From positions 205,237-269,236 of the forward strand of contig CALXXY010000001.1 in NCBI GenBank assembly GCA_944392815.1: a stretch of DNA of 64,000 nt. The letters are read 5' to 3'. The DNA is from an uncultured Alphaproteobacteria bacterium. GTDB taxonomy: Bacteria > Pseudomonadota > Alphaproteobacteria > Rs-D84. Numbering within the stretch: position 1 is the stretch's first letter; every line of letters starts with the position of its first letter. The translations under genes and the position numbers were made by a program. This document shows, one piece after another, positions 62,524 to 64,000 of the stretch. The notes beneath the pieces are model-generated. The model made no database searches. It was not told where the DNA came from and worked only from the letters and a program-made list of their open reading frames with translations.

Positions 62524-63507
62524 ATGAAAAGAACACTGTTCAGAATTTTGGCATTTCCATTACCAACACGAAATATGCGCAACTATGTACGGCGATTGGG
62601 CGGTCCAAAAATCATTCCACCCGCAAAACACATTACTGATGTACTGTACGCATCGATTGATATTGCCGGCGTACCGCGGGCACGGGGATTCATGCGCTAT
62701 GTACAACAGGCCAATCTGCGATTACTGTGGGCTTTTGATAAATTCGCCACAGAAAATCACCTGGAATATTTTATGATTGGCGGAGCAATTGCAGGACTTA
62801 TCAGATACAGCGCATGTGTACCATGGGACGATGACATAGATGTTGGCATGACCGCGGAAAACTATACTAAATTTTTACAGTTGATACGTAAAACTTTACC
62901 CAACAACGAATACAGTTTAATGCTGACCAGTAATGTGTTTCGCATTGTACACAATAAAACGAAAGCATTTTTAGATATATTGCGCTATGGCGTACAGAAA
63001 ACACCTGATTGTTATAAGCAGGACGGCGCGACAAAAATTTCACACGCCCAAAATATATTTAATAAAACTACCCAAAATAAACCGTTTTTAAAATTTTATG
63101 CAACAGCCGAAATGTCCGCGTCCGAAATATCGCAAATATACGCAAAATTATACAACCAACATACTGACGCATTGCAAACACAAAATGCAACGTTTGCAAA
63201 TATAGGCGGCACCAATAAAACAATTATTCCGTTGTATACAGATTGCAAACCAAGCGAATTTTACAGTTTTAATACGATATTCCCTGTATCGCGTAAAAAA
63301 TTTGATAAATATGAATTATATTTTCCAAACGACCCTGAATTATATGCGACAAAATGTTGGGGTGACATATGGAAGTTCCCGCCAGATTTATTTAGAACAC
63401 ACGAATACACAAAAGATTTATCACCACAAAAATTGATTGAATTGCGCAAATATCTGGCAATGTCGGACGACGAAATTTACAACGGATTTACAGGGGGTAC
63501 AAAATGA
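62524..63507 (+). CDS. licD: LicD-family phosphotransferase
   Basis: 'YFMIGGAIAGLIRY...PWDDDIDVGM', 'FLDI', 'IFP', 'WGD'; ATG at 62524 after AAGGA. Confidence 0.85.
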   Translation: MKRTLFRILAFPLPTRNMRNYVRRLGGPKIIPPAKHITDVLYASIDIAGVPRARGFMRYVQQANLRLLWAFDKFATENHLEYFMIGGAIAGLIRYSACVPWDDDIDVGMTAENYTKFLQLIRKTLPNNEYSLMLTSNVFRIVHNKTKAFLDILRYGVQKTPDCYKQDGATKISHAQNIFNKTTQNKPFLKFYATAEMSASEISQIYAKLYNQHTDALQTQNATFANIGGTNKTIIPLYTDCKPSEFYSFNTIFPVSRKKFDKYELYFPNDPELYATKCWGDIWKFPPDLFRTHEYTKDLSPQKLIELRKYLAMSDDEIYNGFTGGTK

Positions 63508-63926
63508 AAACGGGTATAATATGCGGTTCGTTTGATTTATTACATCAAGGTCATATCAATTTAATTAAACGCGCCCGTCGACGTTGCGACGTGTTGCTGG
63601 TCGGTGTCAACAGTGACAAATACATTCAATCGCACAAAGGCCATAATCCTGTATTACCGGAAAATGTACGTCGTGATATAGTTGCTGAATTACGCGATGT
63701 GACAAATGCCTATGTCATAGAAAATGGAATCGCATTTGTTCAACAATTATTAAATTCCGGCGTTAATATTACTGAATATTATCGTGGTGATGATGCACGT
63801 GGAACAACCGCACAAAACATCGAAAATAAATTTTTATGCGATCATAATATTAAGCCCGTATATTTCAAATATACACAAAATATTTCATCAACCAAAATCA
63901 GAAACAATATAAAACGGGGCGCGTGA
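63504..63926 (+). CDS. Cytidylyltransferase (TagD/glycerol-3-phosphate-type)
   Basis: 'GSFDLLHQGHINL', 'VGVNSD', 'RGDD', 'YTQNISSTKIR'; ATGA overlap with licD. Confidence 0.88.
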   Translation: MKTGIICGSFDLLHQGHINLIKRARRRCDVLLVGVNSDKYIQSHKGHNPVLPENVRRDIVAELRDVTNAYVIENGIAFVQQLLNSGVNITEYYRGDDARGTTAQNIENKFLCDHNIKPVYFKYTQNISSTKIRNNIKRGA

Positions 63927-63941
63927 TTGCGCCCCGTGCGA

Positions 63942-64000
63942 TTAATCCAATGTGCGTAAACTGATTTTATCATCGTCGACGATAACCAGTTTCCCAGATG
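63942..64000 (-). CDS. 3' end of an unidentified gene running in from the window edge
   Basis: Minus-strand frame ...SGKLVIVDDDKISLRTLD*, ending at a shared hairpin (63911-63937). Confidence 0.35.
   Translation of the reverse strand, partial: SGKLVIVDDDKISLRTLD

Overview
Chromosomal window of an AT-leaning, apparently host-associated alphaproteobacterium (inferred from olsBA, plsX/fabH/ihfA, virB8-10 and the tRNA-Trp-secE-nusG-rplKAJL-rpoBC block). Positions 1-9020 are the right end of a visibly AT-richer genomic island. It is bounded by a tyrosine integrase, four TTTGCTAC arm-type repeats and the 3' half of tRNA-Thr(TGT). Its cargo is a defence-like block (KAP NTPase start, DUF262 + HEPN pair) and an unusual five-gene cluster in two convergent operons: degenerate ProRS paralog + anticodon-less AsnRS-like enzyme on +, and short bacterial-type ProRS + SAM methyltransferase + MccF-type S66 peptidase on -. 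The housekeeping ProRS (archaeal/eukaryotic type) lies outside the island. This cluster is the best candidate for an undescribed system (aminoacyl-adenylate chemistry or immunity). The rest is mostly housekeeping and envelope genes. Other notable items: two structured RNA leaders with alternative terminator pairings (about 29.65-29.87 kb and 62.23-62.50 kb), a virB8-9-10 trio with domain fusions, a head-to-head junction of two 5'-truncated genes, a nested REP-like repeat cluster and a duplicated tRNA-Trp 3' end. All calls come from motif reading by eye; no searches were run.
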